Source: Octopus vulgaris (taxonomy: Eukaryota). Taken from it: a stretch of DNA of 64,000 nucleotides. Each line of letters begins with the position of its first letter. Positions within the stretch are counted from its first letter, which is position 1. Location of the stretch: contig OX597816.1 of assembly GCA_951406725.2 (NCBI GenBank), positions 85,436,001-85,500,000 of the forward strand, written 5' to 3'. Below, piece after piece: positions 41,225-55,118 of this stretch. The notes below the pieces were generated by a model. That model was not told the origin of the DNA. It searched no databases and saw only the letters and a program-made list of their open reading frames with translations. Made by a program: the position numbers and the translations under genes.

Positions 41225-42735
41225 CATTGCTCAAGGTTTGCGGCATTTTGAAGTAGGTATTTTTGCAGTCATATGGAGGTTATTTTTTAATAGTGTTCCA
41301 GCTGTATAAGGCCTCTACCACCTTCTATACGTTGTTATATATAGCCTTTCTATGTCAGATTTTGGGTGGTGCATCCTAGATGTTGTTATTATTTTACTTG
41401 TTTTCCTATCTATTTTGGTTAGCTCATTTAGTGTCCAGTTAGTATAAGGACGATGTAACTTATAACTAGGGCGGCTAAAGTGTTAATACCTATTATCTTG
41501 ATTTTGGCATTGAGCTTTGTTTTTAGTATTGATCTAACTTGTCTATAATATTCTTTCTTTATTTTCTATTTCATTTGTGTGTGCTGTATCATATCTAGTT
41601 CATGGATTCCTAAATATTTATGTCTGGGTTTGGTTTAATTCACTTATTTCATTAGTTTTATCCAGTGTGATGTTGCTACTCTTAACTAGTTTTCCTCTTT
41701 GCAGGGTTGCTTTGGCGCATTTTTCTAACCCCTATGTCATATTTATTTCTTTGGTAAATCCATGTACAGTCTGTAGTAGTGTTTCCAGCTGTTTATCATT
41801 TGTAGCGTATAGTTTTAGTTCATCCATATATAAAAGATGGCTGATCGTTTTGCGGTAACATTTGTATTCGCATCCAGTTCTATTTAACATGTCATATAGA
41901 TGTTTCAGTGCCAAGCAGAAAAGGAGTGGAGAGAGCGTGTCTCCCTGGAATATTCCTTTCCTAATGGCGATAGCTTTGGTTTTCACGAGTCCCTCTTTTG
42001 TTTGGAGCAGTAGCACTGTCTGCCATTTATTCATAGAGTATCTTAGGTATTTTATAATTATTGGGGCTACCTTGTTAATGGCTAGTTTCAAGGATCCACG
42101 TGTGGGGAATACTATCAAAAGCCAATCGGTAGTCGATCCATGCCATACTGAGGCCTTTCTTCTTTCTGCAGATGTCTTCAGTTATGACTTTATTGATCAT
42201 TAGTTGATCATTACAGCCATATGAGCCCTTGCAGCATCCCTTCTGCTCTTCTGGAAACAGGTTTTCTTCCAGATGTTTGCTCAATCTTTGCGATATTATT
42301 GCAGTAAAGGCTTTGTACATTGAAGGGAGACAGGTTATAGGTCTGTAGTTTGTGGTTTTGCCGTTTCATTGGATTTGGGAATTATGATATTTTTCACTTT
42401 CGTGAGTCATTCAAGCACTGTCTCTGGCTCTGCTAGTATGCCGTTAAAGTTTTCAGCCAGCTCTTTGGGTATTCCTGCGAAATATTTTAACCAGAAATTG
42501 GGGATCTTGCCGTGCCCAGGTGCCTTCCATTTGCTTAGTCTTTGCAGTGCCTGAGTGGCCTCTTCAGTTGTTATTGGGGGCCAGAGTCGCTCAGGTGCAA
42601 AGTTCGTTGTTTTAATAGTCCTTTTCTGAGGTTGTTCATTCGCCGACCATATTTCTTTCCAAAATTCTGCTCCTTCTTCTGCTGTTGGTGCTGCAGTGAT
42701 GTCTATTTTATTTTTGCCAAATTCTTGGTAGTTAT
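41225..42735 (-). pseudogene. R4/Dong-like RT-domain fragment bounded by microsatellites
   Basis: NYRPITCLPSMYK, FPEEQKGC, MAWIDYRLAFDSIPH, GIFQGDTLSPLLF, LLYMDELKLY (YMDD changed to YMDE). Contains frameshifts. Confidence 0.9.
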
Positions 42736-42771
42736 TATTATTATTTTTAGTGATAGAAGTAGTAGTAGTGA

Positions 42772-42816
<45 letters not shown>

Positions 42817-42819
42817 CAC

Positions 42820-42910
<91 letters not shown>

Positions 42911-42939
42911 TCAGTGCAGATGAAGCAGTAGTGACAGCG

Positions 42940-43420
42940 GCGACGCAGATGTTTGTGGGCCTGTAGCTTCCAATGTAAACAGGCCAGAGCGTGCTGTAGG
43001 ACTATGTTGTAAATGACGGGATACAGGGATTGGCATTTAATTCAACATTCTTTGGACACTGCACGAAGGCGTGCGTAATTGCTTTTCCACCCAGCTAATC
43101 TCTCAGTCATTCCTCTCTGTTACCAATTCTCTAGATGTTCAACCGGTAGTGCCCCATGGAAATACTAGGAAACTAAAATATATTTCTTGAATTTATCCAT
43201 AGTAATTCCCAAACCGTAAGTACTCCCGGGCATACTAGACAACACGATCTTGTTAATTCTTAGAGTTTTCCCAAAGACGTCATCCCTCTTGTCTGCCGCT
43301 AGTGCGGTATATATTTCTAAATTTGGAATTCCTCTGAGGATATTACTTGACTGTTAGTGATCATCTGGTGATATTATAGGTATTGATGCATTTCAAACAT
43401 TTCGTTACCAAGAAATGCTA
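42940..43420 (-). pseudogene. Decayed Tx1-like ORF2 C-terminal remnant
   Basis: TMDKFKK..YFHGALPV..ITHAFVQCP, homologous to the other zf-RVT pieces. Confidence 0.5.
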
Positions 43421-43649
43421 CTCCGTCAAAAAAATATTCCATTCTCTCACCGTCCAACAATTTCAACAAGTGATTTCATCTCAAAACATGTCTCTTTGCG
43501 TGTTTCAGCAGCTCTAAAACACTCAGCATAAATCGCTAAGGGGGTGGTGAGCAGCTGGAATCCCTCAGAGCGAGAATGACTTCTGTCTACCTCAATTGGG
43601 TTAGCAGACACATAAATCTGGTCTGACTAGAATTGGTCAAATGTTGACA

Positions 43650-44020
43650 GTCTAATAGAAAGCAAGGATAAACGCGATATAGGTATTCACCTGTCCAGTT
43701 CAATCCTTAGACTATTGGCAAAATGTGTTCTTAAGAATGTCCTGCTTTATCATTGGTGGCTGACTGGAATGTCATTTTAAATGCCTCTTCGATATGTTGG
43801 GTTAGCTGATAGGTTAGGGATGACATGAAAGATCGAAAGTTGATAAGACGTTAGCAATTTTGTGAGAGGTCATGAATGTGCGAATATGAACATTGCTAAA
43901 TTGCATTGCGGAGCTCAGACAATAGGCTAGAATATAAGGGGGACGTAGGTTGTCCAAAATTTAGAATTGTAAGCTAAAGATAAAAAATTTGTGATCGATA
44001 GGGTCGACATTGATAAGCTT
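43650..44020 (+). pseudogene. Decayed Tx1-like AP-endonuclease remnant
   Basis: LVADWNVILNA (GDWN-like) and VGCPKFRIVS..D.KFV (the SDH region). Confidence 0.45.
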
Positions 44021-44204
44021 CTTGTATAGAGAACAAGTTGCTGGAAGCGGAACACTTCATTCTCGGGCGCCAATCTTTGCCTTCCACCTCTCCGTAGTAG
44101 ATAAAATAGAATACCATTCTTCTACTAGCGTCACTCTAATCGACTTGCCATCTCCCGTTAAACTTTTAAACTGTTAGTCACAATATTACTCGCAGTAGAA
44201 AGAG

Positions 44205-44400
44205 CAGCGACCTGGCAGAATCGTTAAGCACGCCGGACAAAATGCTATGAGGTAGTCGGTTCTCTTTACATTTCGATTGCAAATTCCACCTAGTCGGCTT
44301 TGCCTTTTAGCTTTCCGGGGTCCATAAAATAGCTAACAGTCGAACACTGTATTCAACTTACTCTATTCGAAATTGCAGGCCTTTTGCTAAACTTTGAGAT
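44205..44400 (+). mobile_element. SINE family B
   Basis: GCAGCGACCTGGCAGAATCGTTAAGCACGCCGG head, TTTCCGGGGTCCATAAAAT core, AATTGCAGGCCTT tail. Confidence 0.75.
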
Positions 44401-45142
44401 CATTATTACTCATAATGCTAATAAAGGGAAAATAATATCAATACAGGAAGCTAGTCCGTTAGAAAATGTCTTGATATAATCAGTATCAACAGTCTTATTA
44501 TAAATAAGATGGTTATTCTAAACACTCACATTACTAGTAATAAGAATATCGATTATTATTTATATAAACAATAGTATTTATTACTACTAATTGTTTTTGG
44601 TTCTGTTGTTATTAACAGCTCATCAGAACCGTGAAATTGATTGCTTTCTACATTTTACTTTTCTTTCTTAATGTGTGTTAACCACATAACATAGCTAGAA
44701 AATCCACGAGTGATAATATTGTACTCAAATAGTATTAAGACATTCTGGCTGTCAAATTCAGTTAGAAAATACTAGATGTAGCTTCACCTGTCAATTAAGG
44801 TAGCAAATAAATAGAAAGACGCAAATAAGAGGAATATTTATAAAATATTTTGTAGAAAAAACAGCGAAAAAGAAGCTATAAACAATTTAATGAACGAAGA
44901 AAACTAACAAAAACACTCTGGCAAACAGATATATAAAATTACGTTATAACACAAAACTAAATTCTTATTCGTGGATAAATACAAGAGATTTCTTCATCTT
45001 CCTTAATCCTCTCAAGGCTAAAGAAATTTAATCCGACGACTGCCAATCATATCTCTAATAATATTTTTATACAATTCTGAAATTTCAGCATGTTTCGAGA
45101 TTTTGATATGTTGCGTGGTTATGTGTGTATGTGTGTGTATGC

Positions 45143-45181
<39 letters not shown>

Positions 45182-45603
45182 TGTATGTGTGTGTGTGTGT
45201 GTATGTGTGTGTATACAAGTACGTTTGTACATATCTATTTATGTCTGGGTGTATATATATATATATATATATGCTCAGACATATTTCCATATATGTATTT
45301 CTTTCATAATTATATGTTATTCATAGATTTTTGCTTCATTTTCTTTTATTTTTAATTGAGTTTTTGCTGTCTTTGTTTATATAGTTAGGCCTTTCCTCGT
45401 TTTCTGTTCAAAGTCAGCGTGTTATTCATTCATCTACAAAGTTTGATTGACAGCATTCGGCTATGTAGGCATTTATCTTTAAACATACGTGTACATTCGG
45501 AGTTGTATATAAAAGTCTTATGCAAGTGATTGCATGTAAATATACATAGGCAGGGAATATAAACAAGGAAGGATAAATCTGTGTGTGTGCGCATATATAT
45601 ATA

Positions 45604-46021
45604 TTTACTCTTTCTTTTACTATTTTACTTGTTTCAGTAATTTGACTGCGGCCATGCAGGAGCACCGCCTTTAATCGAGCAACTCGACCCCGGGACTTAT
45701 TCTTTGTAAGCCCAGTACTCATTCTATCGGTCTCTTTTGCCGAACCGCTAAGTGACAGGGACATAAACACACCAGCATCGGTTGTCAAGCAATGCTAGGG
45801 GGACAAACACAGACACACAAACATATGCACACACATTCATATATATGTATACATATATACGACGGGCCTCTTTCAGTTTCCGTCTACCAAATCCACTCAC
45901 GAGGATTTAGTCGGCCCGAGGTTATAGTAGAAGACACTTGCCCCTGGTGGCACGCAGTGGGACTGAACCAGGAACCATGTGGTTCGTATGCAAGCTACTT
46001 ACCACACAGCCACTCCTGCGC
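45604..46021 (-). mobile_element. SINE family A, full length
   Basis: Minus strand shows A box TGGCTGTGTGG, B box GGTTCAGTCCC, a GGGCAAGTGTCTT block, an internal (TG)/(TA) tract and a CATGGCCGCAGTCAAAT.ACTGAAACAAGTAAAA tail. Confidence 0.92.
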
Positions 46022-46039
46022 TATATATGTCTGTACGTA

Positions 46040-46640
46040 TATTACTTAAAACACTTTGATTCGGTTCAGCACTACTTCCCTTATCCTTCTCTATCTTACC
46101 CCAGCCCATCACTTACACCCACTCCAACATACCACAATCTCGCCTCCACTACTTCCCAACAACATTACACCACACCACACACCACTACACCTTACACCAC
46201 CATACCGCACAGCACATTACATCTCAACACACCACCACGCACACTCCAGTACTGACCACTTCCCAGACCCACATTTTCACACCTACACATAAATACACGT
46301 ACACGTCAAGATCACCAGCTATCTTCCACACGCACATACAAACTCGCTTATAAATACGCACGCGCAGCTTCGTTTTTGGGATCACCACTACTTTATTAAC
46401 TATCCTTCTCCCCAGCTTTCCTGTGTGACCCTTCTGCCCGGCATTCGCCAAGATAGATTGCTAGCCACTACACATTCTTTTTTTTCTCTCCTTGTTTTTG
46501 TTTGTTTTCCTTTCTGTGGAAGAGCGTAAGCTCGAAACGTTGAAGTCCTTTGCACCTCCCGGACGTTATACTTATGCATCTGTTTTTTGTCTACACCATC
46601 TGTCTTTGTCTTTTGTTTTTATTGTGAATTCTCCCTATAT
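46040..46640 (+). mobile_element. Probable PLE 3'/pLTR relic with a hammerhead-like motif at 46508-46546
   Basis: CUUUCUG-UGGAAGA-GCGUAAGCUC-GAAACGUU-GAAG (degenerate core). The relic ends next to a TA-rich tract. Confidence 0.45.
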
Positions 46641-46664
46641 AAACTCACATATGTATATGTATAC

Positions 46665-46701
<37 letters not shown>

Positions 46702-46788
46702 GGTATATGTATATACACGCACATATACATATGTATACATACATACGTTCATAACCACATAATATATATATCTATATATATATATAAT

Positions 46789-46830
<42 letters not shown>

Positions 46831-48594
46831 TACATATATATATATTCATATATCATTATTTCTATGTATTCACCAATTAAACGAACATGTGTGTATGTTT
46901 ACGAGTACAAGCGAATAAGTGCCTTCTATGTGGTAGAATATGTTAATGACTGATAAAGCGACAGTGGTAAGAACCCAGAAGAGCTAAAATTAAGTTTACG
47001 AGTAGTCTTGCAGGCGAGTTGGTATCCCGCTGGAATAATTACTTGGCCACGCGTAAATGACTTCCTTTGAAGTAAAGCACTTTGAGACCAAAGAGATAAG
47101 GAAAACCTCCAGTTTATGTTTTAGCAAAATTATCATCTTAGAGTGGTCATCGATTTTCATAAAAGGCGAGACACTTCTATGTTAAAGAACGTATTAAATA
47201 AGAGGTTTTGTTAATTTATATTTCTATACTTTTGATTTTTGTTAATTATCATTCATTAATTTTGGTTTATTTGTTTTATAATTTACAATTTTTATTTTCC
47301 TTTCCATTAATTTATTATGGTATTTTGGTAATTTGTGTCTATTTGAATCTACGTGCTGCTCTTTGTCATGGGAAAGATAAGTATAAAATAGAGGCAAGGA
47401 AAAATGGGAAAATACTGGTTGTCCAACAGTGCTCTCAATCTAATGACGTGCAAATTACACACCTACTGCTGGATCAGATTTATTTAACATTCATAAACTA
47501 ATACGTATATATGAAACTCTTAGCAACTAGCAGCTGATTCTAACGCACTGAAACAAGTGTTGTAATTAGGAGCAAAGTATCTCCATTCCATCTCCTTGTA
47601 TCATAAATTACACACAGAAACACATACACACACACACACACACACACACGTGAACAAAAGCAATAAGGAGAGGTCAGATTGAAGAGGGATCTTAAGATTA
47701 CCAGAAATGTTTTATATGTTTAATAATTCACTGAGAATAACATCATCTGAGAATAACACACACATACAGTTATAGAGATATACACATAAGTATTTATCCA
47801 TCTATATATGTAAGTATATGCATATATATGTACGGATGTACACATTATATACTGTGTGTGTGTGGTTGTGTATGTATACATAATATGCGCTCACCACCTG
47901 ATAAGGTGTATTATTTTAGACATCGGATGGATGGTAACGATTATAATATATACATACATTTGGATACACGTATATGCATACGCGTGCATAAATTTATACT
48001 ATGATATTTGGAATGGAAAATACTACACCGTTAGAACCATCTAGGCGGAATGCCTCACAGAATCTGTTAGAGTGCATTAGAACAACATTTATTCATCTAT
48101 ACGCGTTCTGGTGTAGAAAGCATATTGGAAAAATTAATATCCCATGCGATAATTTATCAATGTAAGACAAAACAGTTAATGGCAAATAGACAGTTCCACA
48201 CAGTTGATAATATCAGTTATATACAAAACCAAATGAAAGAAAGGATGGAACGAATTGATATACTTCAAGGATATGGAGGTGTGTAAAAATCTGATGTTTG
48301 GGGACGAATATAGGTACAACTAAGAAATAGTCAATGTGCAAATACGAAAAACATTCACGCATAAATAGCTGCAAAATGGAAAGTCGTCTTGCGTGTACGT
48401 TCTTATCAACTGGTAAGTATTCACACACACAGATGTGTCCGATCCCTTTACATAGCAAGCAAATGTTCCCACATATACACGCATAAGTACAAACCATCCC
48501 CAGCGATATATCTAACGTTATAATATCTAGCCACATAGAAATACAGGTACCCAGTTTCTAACAAGCGTATGTGTGTACACACACACTCATATAT

Positions 48595-48888
48595 TACAGA
48601 GATGTACGGGCATGGCAAGCGACTTGATCTGAGATCCTGTGCGGAAGCAAAACCAATTTGGAGGTTGCTGTGTCCTAACATATGTCCCACTTCTTTTAGT
48701 TTTCGTGTTTTCCAGTGGTGTTCTCTATTATTTTAACTTCATACCACAGGAGGGTGTAGTCTCCATTGTTCCATACATGATCAGCTATATTCGATTTATC
48801 AATATATCCTCGTTTCACAGCTTTGCGATGTTCGTCTACCCTTATTTTGAGGGGGCGGCATGTGTCGTCTTTGTATAACCTACCATGT
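48595..48888 (-). pseudogene. PLE (Penelope/Poseidon-type) GIY-YIG C-terminal remnant
   Basis: GRLYKDDTCRPLKIRVDEHRKAVKRGYIDKSNIADHVW..W.EVKII..HHWKTRKLKE. Confidence 0.8.
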
Positions 48889-48899
48889 TGTGTGTGGAG

Positions 48900-49525
48900 T
48901 TCATGAATGAACTATTCAACAATTAGAAATAGCTAAGGGAAGGTAATTGGTTATTGTTATAATTGTTGACAGGGGAGATAATTATTCCGTTTTCGGTAGG
49001 GGATGTGATATACACACACAAATTCGGTAGGGCGTGTGATATACACACACAAATTCAATAACTAGAGTAATGGAGACAAATATGTACAGTGATGGGTATG
49101 TAATCGTGAATTAAAATATGTTTAGAGATCAAAGTTGATTATGCGTGCATATTTAGACGTCTTCTGTAATTTTCGATGAAACAATTTTCTTTATTTAAAC
49201 GTTCTTGTAAAGAAATTGTATCATTGTACTCGTAGAAGGGGAACGTTGTGAAATTTGGTTTAATGGTACCTGCACATATCTCTTTGCGTTCACTAAAAGG
49301 AATTTGCCTGTATTGCGGGAATCGGATCTGCTCTTTATGTAGATATGTTCTCGCCTGTACTATATAGTAATGTCCACAACTTAAGCAGGATATTACATCA
49401 ATTATATTCTCGGAGGCACAAGTGATGTTGGTTTTAATTGTGAACCTTTCTCCTTGCTTGAAAAGGAAATCCGAGCCTTCAAGTAGATTGGAGCATGTTC
49501 CACAGTTTCGACCTCCGCATGTGTG
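48900..49525 (-). pseudogene. Second Neptune-type PLE GIY-YIG remnant plus 3' region
   Basis: CGGRNCGTCSNLLEGSDFLFKQGERFTIKTNITCASENIIDVISC...FPQYRQIPFSE, clearly homologous to 28330-28720. Confidence 0.88.
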
Positions 49526-50514
49526 AATACATGCGCTAACCTAACATGCATATATACACATAAACATGTCTAGACACACATACACACATAATCTTATTGA
49601 AAATATCAATATACACTTATATATGATAGGCGCGTACACTTGTATTTGAATAGCAAATATAAAAGCGAATCTGAACTGATGAATAATTTTGTGTATATGA
49701 GTACATGTATATTAATGCAAAATCTATTCTTTAACAATTTAAATTTCTGCTCAAAATTAGGCAGAACAATAATTGTATGTCCATTCACAAACCAAGAGCG
49801 TACGTTGCAATTCATATATTTAACTGTATTAACTAATCAGTTATTTTCATTTCCATTGCATCCACATGTTACATGGTATTTTGACGTTCTCAAACGGTGC
49901 AATATGTAAGTATGCAAATTGATCACATTTACAAGCTCGTTTTCTTACTGCCAAGACTCACATTTTCTAAAATATTAACATCTAGGCTACGCAAATCATT
50001 AAAACAGACAGATCCAGTATACGTGTATAAAATCAGCTGACAAAATAATTATAATCCAAGTTTAACTTCAGATTCTAGTGCATTAAATAAATTAGAAATT
50101 TACGTTTACGAAATCAGAATCTTGAGGCGTGCAATATAGAATTTAAAGGAAAATACGAAATATAATTTCAAGTAACGAACAAATAAAAGCCGATAAAATA
50201 TACTGGATGAAAATAAGACAGTTACAATAAAAACTCCATTAAAATATATAACAAAAATAGAAATAGTAAAAAATCACACAAAATACATAAAAGCTTAAAA
50301 AAGACTGAACACATCTATATACACACACGTTCATAAATACACACAAGACACCTAGATATGTGTGTATGTATATATATATATATATCAATAAGAAAATGGA
50401 GGGGGTCAATAGGTGGTTCACCAACTTTTAGATATTATATTATGATTCACTTATTTATTTTGGATAGATATTATCCCTTAGTTGGTTGGATTCACAACCT
50501 CTAACTTTTTGGAG

Positions 50515-50553
<39 letters not shown>

Positions 50554-50756
50554 AGTAGTTGAATGAATTATCTTATTAAGGATAATTCGAAAGATAACCG
50601 ATACTTGGGTAGCAAATTCACATCAGAAAGAACACGGTTGAAGTTACGTCCCTTGGGCATAGACTACGTGCTTTCGTGCGGAAATTTGTATGTTTATTTT
50701 AAAAATATAGGTTTATGAAAGAATGGAGTTGAATGACTTGTTAACAAATTTCCTTT

Positions 50757-50841
50757 ATTTTCGACATATATTTCGAAGGCTGCATATTCCTAATTCCGAA
50801 GGAATAAGGAGTACATTATGTAGATTTCTCATCAGGAAAGG
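50757..50841 (-). ncRNA. Mirror-copy hammerhead on the minus strand
   Basis: Reverse-complement arm reads CUGAUGA...CUUC-GAAAUAUAUGUC-GAAA. Confidence 0.72.
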
Positions 50842-50883
50842 CAAGGAACTTATGTCGACATCAAAATGCACAAAAGTTCCTTG

Positions 50884-50968
50884 CCTTTCCTGATGAGAAA
50901 TCTGCATAATGTACTCCTTATTCCTTCGGAATTAGGAATATGCAGCCTTCGAAACATCTGTCGAAAAT
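50884..50968 (+). ncRNA. Type I hammerhead ribozyme with extended stem II
   Basis: UUUC-CUGAUGA-GAAAUCUGCAUA...UAUGCAGCCUUC-GAAACAUCUGUC-GAAA, GUC at 50960-62. Confidence 0.8.
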
Positions 50969-51013
50969 AAAGGAAATTTGTTAACAAGTCGTTCAACTCC
51001 ATTCTTTCATAAA

Positions 51014-51124
<111 letters not shown>

Positions 51125-51184
51125 TAATATGACCACAAGAGAATGGATGGGACCTCGATATTATATAGAGGAATTCATCATTAA

Positions 51185-51290
51185 TATGTGACAATTAGTC
51201 GGTTGCCATAATAAAATTCAGAGTTACGGATGTCGGGGCGGAAGACTGCTGCGGCATCTCCTCAGATATTAAGCCAAACAAAAATGTTAT
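51185..51290 (-). repeat. Inverted, diverged copy of 51955-52062 with a degenerate hammerhead (CUGAGGA...GUAAC)
   Basis: Its reverse complement aligns by eye with 51955-52062 across about 105 bp. Confidence 0.75.
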
Positions 51291-51713
51291 GAAAATGACC
51301 GTTATTAAAGGGAAATTACTATGAAGATGACCGTTATTAAGACAAACAAAAGAGCTATGACAATGACCGTTAAATAATGAGGCACACATGTCTAAATATT
51401 TGTTCCGGTTTTTGTCCTCCCAAGATCATAGAAAGAACCTGATTTTATATTGAGTCCACGTACAGGCATTTCATTTCTTATTTATATTTTTATATTTTCG
51501 CATATTTTAGTATTTTTATATATTCTATTGCTTTACATATTTATATATTTTTATCTGTACATTACCTTTCACTCTGCATATTTGTGCATGTGCGTATAGA
51601 GACGTGTATATGAATATAATTGTGCGTGTATGGGTATATATACGTGTGTGTGTGCGTGTGCGCGGCTTTGAATATGTGTATGTTTACATATGTATGGATG
51701 CATATATATATAC

Positions 51714-51763
<50 letters not shown>

Positions 51764-51971
51764 CTGAGTGTGCATGCATGAGTTTCACACGAGTGTGAGT
51801 GAGTATATGCATATATGCACATGCACGCGGGTGTGCGTGTGCGCATGTGTATCTATATACATGCGAGTATACTCGGATCCCATGAACGTGGTTTTACCTT
51901 CGAGTAATTTTACTTTCTCCCTATTCGGGTAATTTCCTTTTCTTTCACGTTCATAGTATTTTTGTTTGCCT

Positions 51972-52034
51972 TAATAACTGACGAGATGCTGGAGCAGACT
52001 TCCGCCTTGACATCCGAAACGCTGAGTTTTAGTA
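51972..52034 (+). ncRNA. Type I hammerhead ribozyme motif (PLE pLTR relic)
   Basis: UAAUAA-CUGACGA-GAUG...CAUCC-GAAAC-GCUGA-GUU-UUAGUA. Confidence 0.62.
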
Positions 52035-52077
52035 TGGAAATCGACTAATTGTCACATCTAACATATACATATATATA

Positions 52078-52522
52078 TTCTTTTATTTGTTTCAGTCATT
52101 TGACTGCACCCATGCTGGGGCGCCGACTTTAGTCGAGCAAATCGACCCCTGAATTTATTCTTTGTAAACCTAGTACTTATTATATCCGGCACTTTTGCCG
52201 AACCACTGGGTTACGTGTACATAGACACACCAACATCAGTTGTCAAGCGATGTTGGGGACAAACAGACACACAGATATACACACGCACACACACATACAC
52301 ACGCATACACACACACGCACACACACGCACGCACACTCACACACACACAAACATATATATATATAATAGACGGGCTTCTTTCTGTTTCCGTCTACCAAAT
52401 CCACTCACAAAGCTTTGGTTGGCTGAGGCTAGAGTATAAAATACTTACCCGAAGTACCACGTAGTGGGACTGAACCCTGAACCATGTGGTTGTTAAGTAA
52501 ACTATTTATCACACACCCACTC
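52078..52522 (-). mobile_element. SINE family A, full length
   Basis: Collinear with 45604-46021, with a longer internal (CA)n. Confidence 0.9.
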
Positions 52523-52864
52523 ATAGATATATGTGTGTGCGTGTGTGCGTGTGTGTGTGTGTGCGTGCGTGTATGTGTGTGCGCACAGAATGCTTATCAA
52601 CAACGACAGAATCAAATTTAGACTATTCGAATTTTGAATAAAATTGAATAGATTATCAGACTCAAGGATGGACATTCTGAAATACGGCTAAATTAATACT
52701 TTATATACTTTAATGATTAAAGTCAAAGGGAGACGCTTTCCTCGTGAAAGTAAAATATAATCCAAAACTAGCAAGATTAATCAAATACTGTAAGTAAAAA
52801 TCCCATACGTTAGAAAAGAAATGGATTTTGGAAAAGAAATGCACTACAAAATCACTATCTATAG

Positions 52865-53250
52865 ACATACATACATGCATACATACATACATACACACAC
52901 ACATACATACATACATACATGCATACATACATACATACATACACACATACACACATACATACATACACACACATACACAATTACATACATACATACATAC
53001 ACACATACATAAATACACACATACATACATACATACACACATACACACATACACACATACATACATACATACACACACACATACACACATACATACATAC
53101 ATACATACATACATACATACATACATACACACACACATACATACATACATACATACACACACACACATACATACATACATACACATACATACATACATAT
53201 ATACATACATATATACATGTATACATACATACACACATACCCACATACGT
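52865..53250. repeat. Long (ACAT)n/(AC)n compound microsatellite
   Basis: Seen directly. Confidence 0.95.
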
Positions 53251-53339
53251 ACATATAGGCAAAAGACATAGTGAAGCTCTTGGAGTTCCAAGATGCAACC
53301 GAAAATGTAGATTATATTATATTTCTGTTATAGATTATG

Positions 53340-53825
53340 TCATATCTCAGTCATGTATGATTAGCAGCTACTCGAAATCCGGAAAAAAAAGAGTAAATAT
53401 GGAGAATCCACCTGTTAGTAAAAACGTACACAAATACCAGCACAAGGAATACTAGCGGAACCTCTTATCAAAACATCTGTGGAGTGTAAGCATATCAGGC
53501 CGGATATTGTTGATTAAGACACAGAAGAAAATGTATGTACCATGACAGGGATCAGCTGTCCTGCTGAAGTGAGTATCTCATTGAAAAATCAATGAGATCG
53601 AAAAGAACTGTTGACAGCTCCAGATTTTATATCCGGATTACAAACTGATATCTATATCAATAATAAGTGGAATACTTGGTTTTGTAATTAAATACCTAAC
53701 CATCAGTAATGGATCAGCTTGGATTTTCAGGAAAAGAAATCAACCAACTGATTAGCACATTATTAATACAATCTGTAAACGGAAAAGCAAAACTATGCAA
53801 GACGTTTTTTTCAAGCTTCAAAAGG
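53340..53825 (+). pseudogene. Decayed RLE-type non-LTR element 3' end (a different family from the Dong copies)
   Basis: IKTSVECKHIRPDIV..ISCPAEVSI..YPDYK..IISGILGFV..QLGFS..LCKTFFK. Confidence 0.65.
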
Positions 53826-54035
53826 TGTTATTATTTTCATTATCCACATTCCAACGATGAAGCTTTGTAGCTTTGTTACAAACCAGCTCCTCCCTCAAAG
53901 TAAGAATTTAAATAGTCAAAAGCAGAAAGGAACATACATACATACATGTTTACACACACGCACACACACATACACACGGGAACACATGCACACACAGGCA
54001 CACACGCACACGCACGCATACACACACCTAATATA

Positions 54036-54825
54036 TCAGGTCATCTCATAAGTTCTGTCCGAAATTTGAATAAGGAAAACAAGTGATCAAATGTTATATT
54101 TAATTGAAATTTAATCATCAATGTTCTTTGCCTGATTATCTATGACTTCCTTCCATCTATTTACAAGCTTTTTAATTACATCAATGTAAAATTATTTTGG
54201 TTTCAAAGTGAAAAACTCTGAAATGTCAATCTCGAACTCCTTCTAGCTTGCGAAAATTATGTCCCCCAAATGATTCTGTAAACTATGAAACGAATAATAG
54301 TCCGAAGGAGCAAGGTTGTGAGAATAAGGTGGATGAGGAATATTTTCCCAACCAAGCTCTTCGCTCTTCTGTGATGTGATCTTTGCAGTGTTGTGTCGAG
54401 CATTGTCCTGATGAAACATCACTCCTTTTCGATTCACTAAAGCAGGTCTTTTCTCTTGAGAGTTTGATTCAAACGTTTTAATTGCTGACAGTAGACGTGA
54501 GCATTGATTGTTGCATTAGGCGGTAACTATTCAAAGTAAATTACTCCTTTGCAATCCCACCAGATAGAGAGCAGAAACTTTTTTCTCATGAAGTTTCCTT
54601 CTCGGTTGTGGTTGAGCTTTTTCCCTTTTACCAACCCATTGCTTACGACGTTTAATATTTCGATAGAAACCTATTTTTCGTCCCCAATCACAAGTCTATC
54701 CAAAAAGGGTCAAATGAGTTTATTAGAATGGATAGAAGAGCAGATGTTAACTCGAGATTTGCGGTTGCTTTCGGACAATTCATGAGGCACCCATTTTCCA
54801 AGTTTAGCCAATTCTTCAACTGATA
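54036..54825 (-). mobile_element. 5'-truncated mariner transposon
   Basis: WVPHELS, LVIGDEK, FHQDNARH, PHPPYSHNLAPSDY. One terminus (TA-TCAGGTCATCTCATAAGTTCTGTCCG) is at 54034; no partner TIR was seen. Confidence 0.88.
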
Positions 54826-54914
54826 ACAGGCTGCAACAAATAAGAAAATATTCAAAAATGGATTCGAATCTTAGAAGACTTCTGACCTAGGAATTCTGAA
54901 AATATTGGTTTAAC

Positions 54915-55118
54915 ATTTTAGCACAAGACCAGCTACTTCGGGTGAGGAGTTAGTCGATTACACGACACCAATGATCAGTTGGTATATATTGTCTCGACCT
55001 CGAAATTGTTAAAAGTATAATCGACTTCGTTGGAATATAAACTCAGAAAATAAAGACGGAGGAAATGCCGCTAAGTATTTTGTTCGGCGTTCTAACAATT
55101 CTGCCAGCTCACCGTTTT
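54915..55118 (-). mobile_element. SINE family B
   Basis: GAAATGCCGCTAAGTATTTTGTTCGGCGTTCTAACAATTCTGCCAGCTCACCG is the reverse complement of the family B head. Confidence 0.75.

Noticed and set aside
41225-42735. RT fragment acting as the trans-complementing partner of the adjacent RT-less element
   Set aside because: It is frameshifted, has YMDE instead of YMDD, is truncated at both ends and belongs to a diverged family. Shared (TAA)n targeting explains the adjacency.
45940-46021. tRNA gene
   Set aside because: The A/B boxes belong to a repeated SINE head and there is no complete cloverleaf.
51289-51375. CRISPR-like spaced repeats
   Set aside because: There are only three degenerate units with related spacers, in a eukaryotic context with no cas genes. 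This is a minisatellite in a PLE relic.
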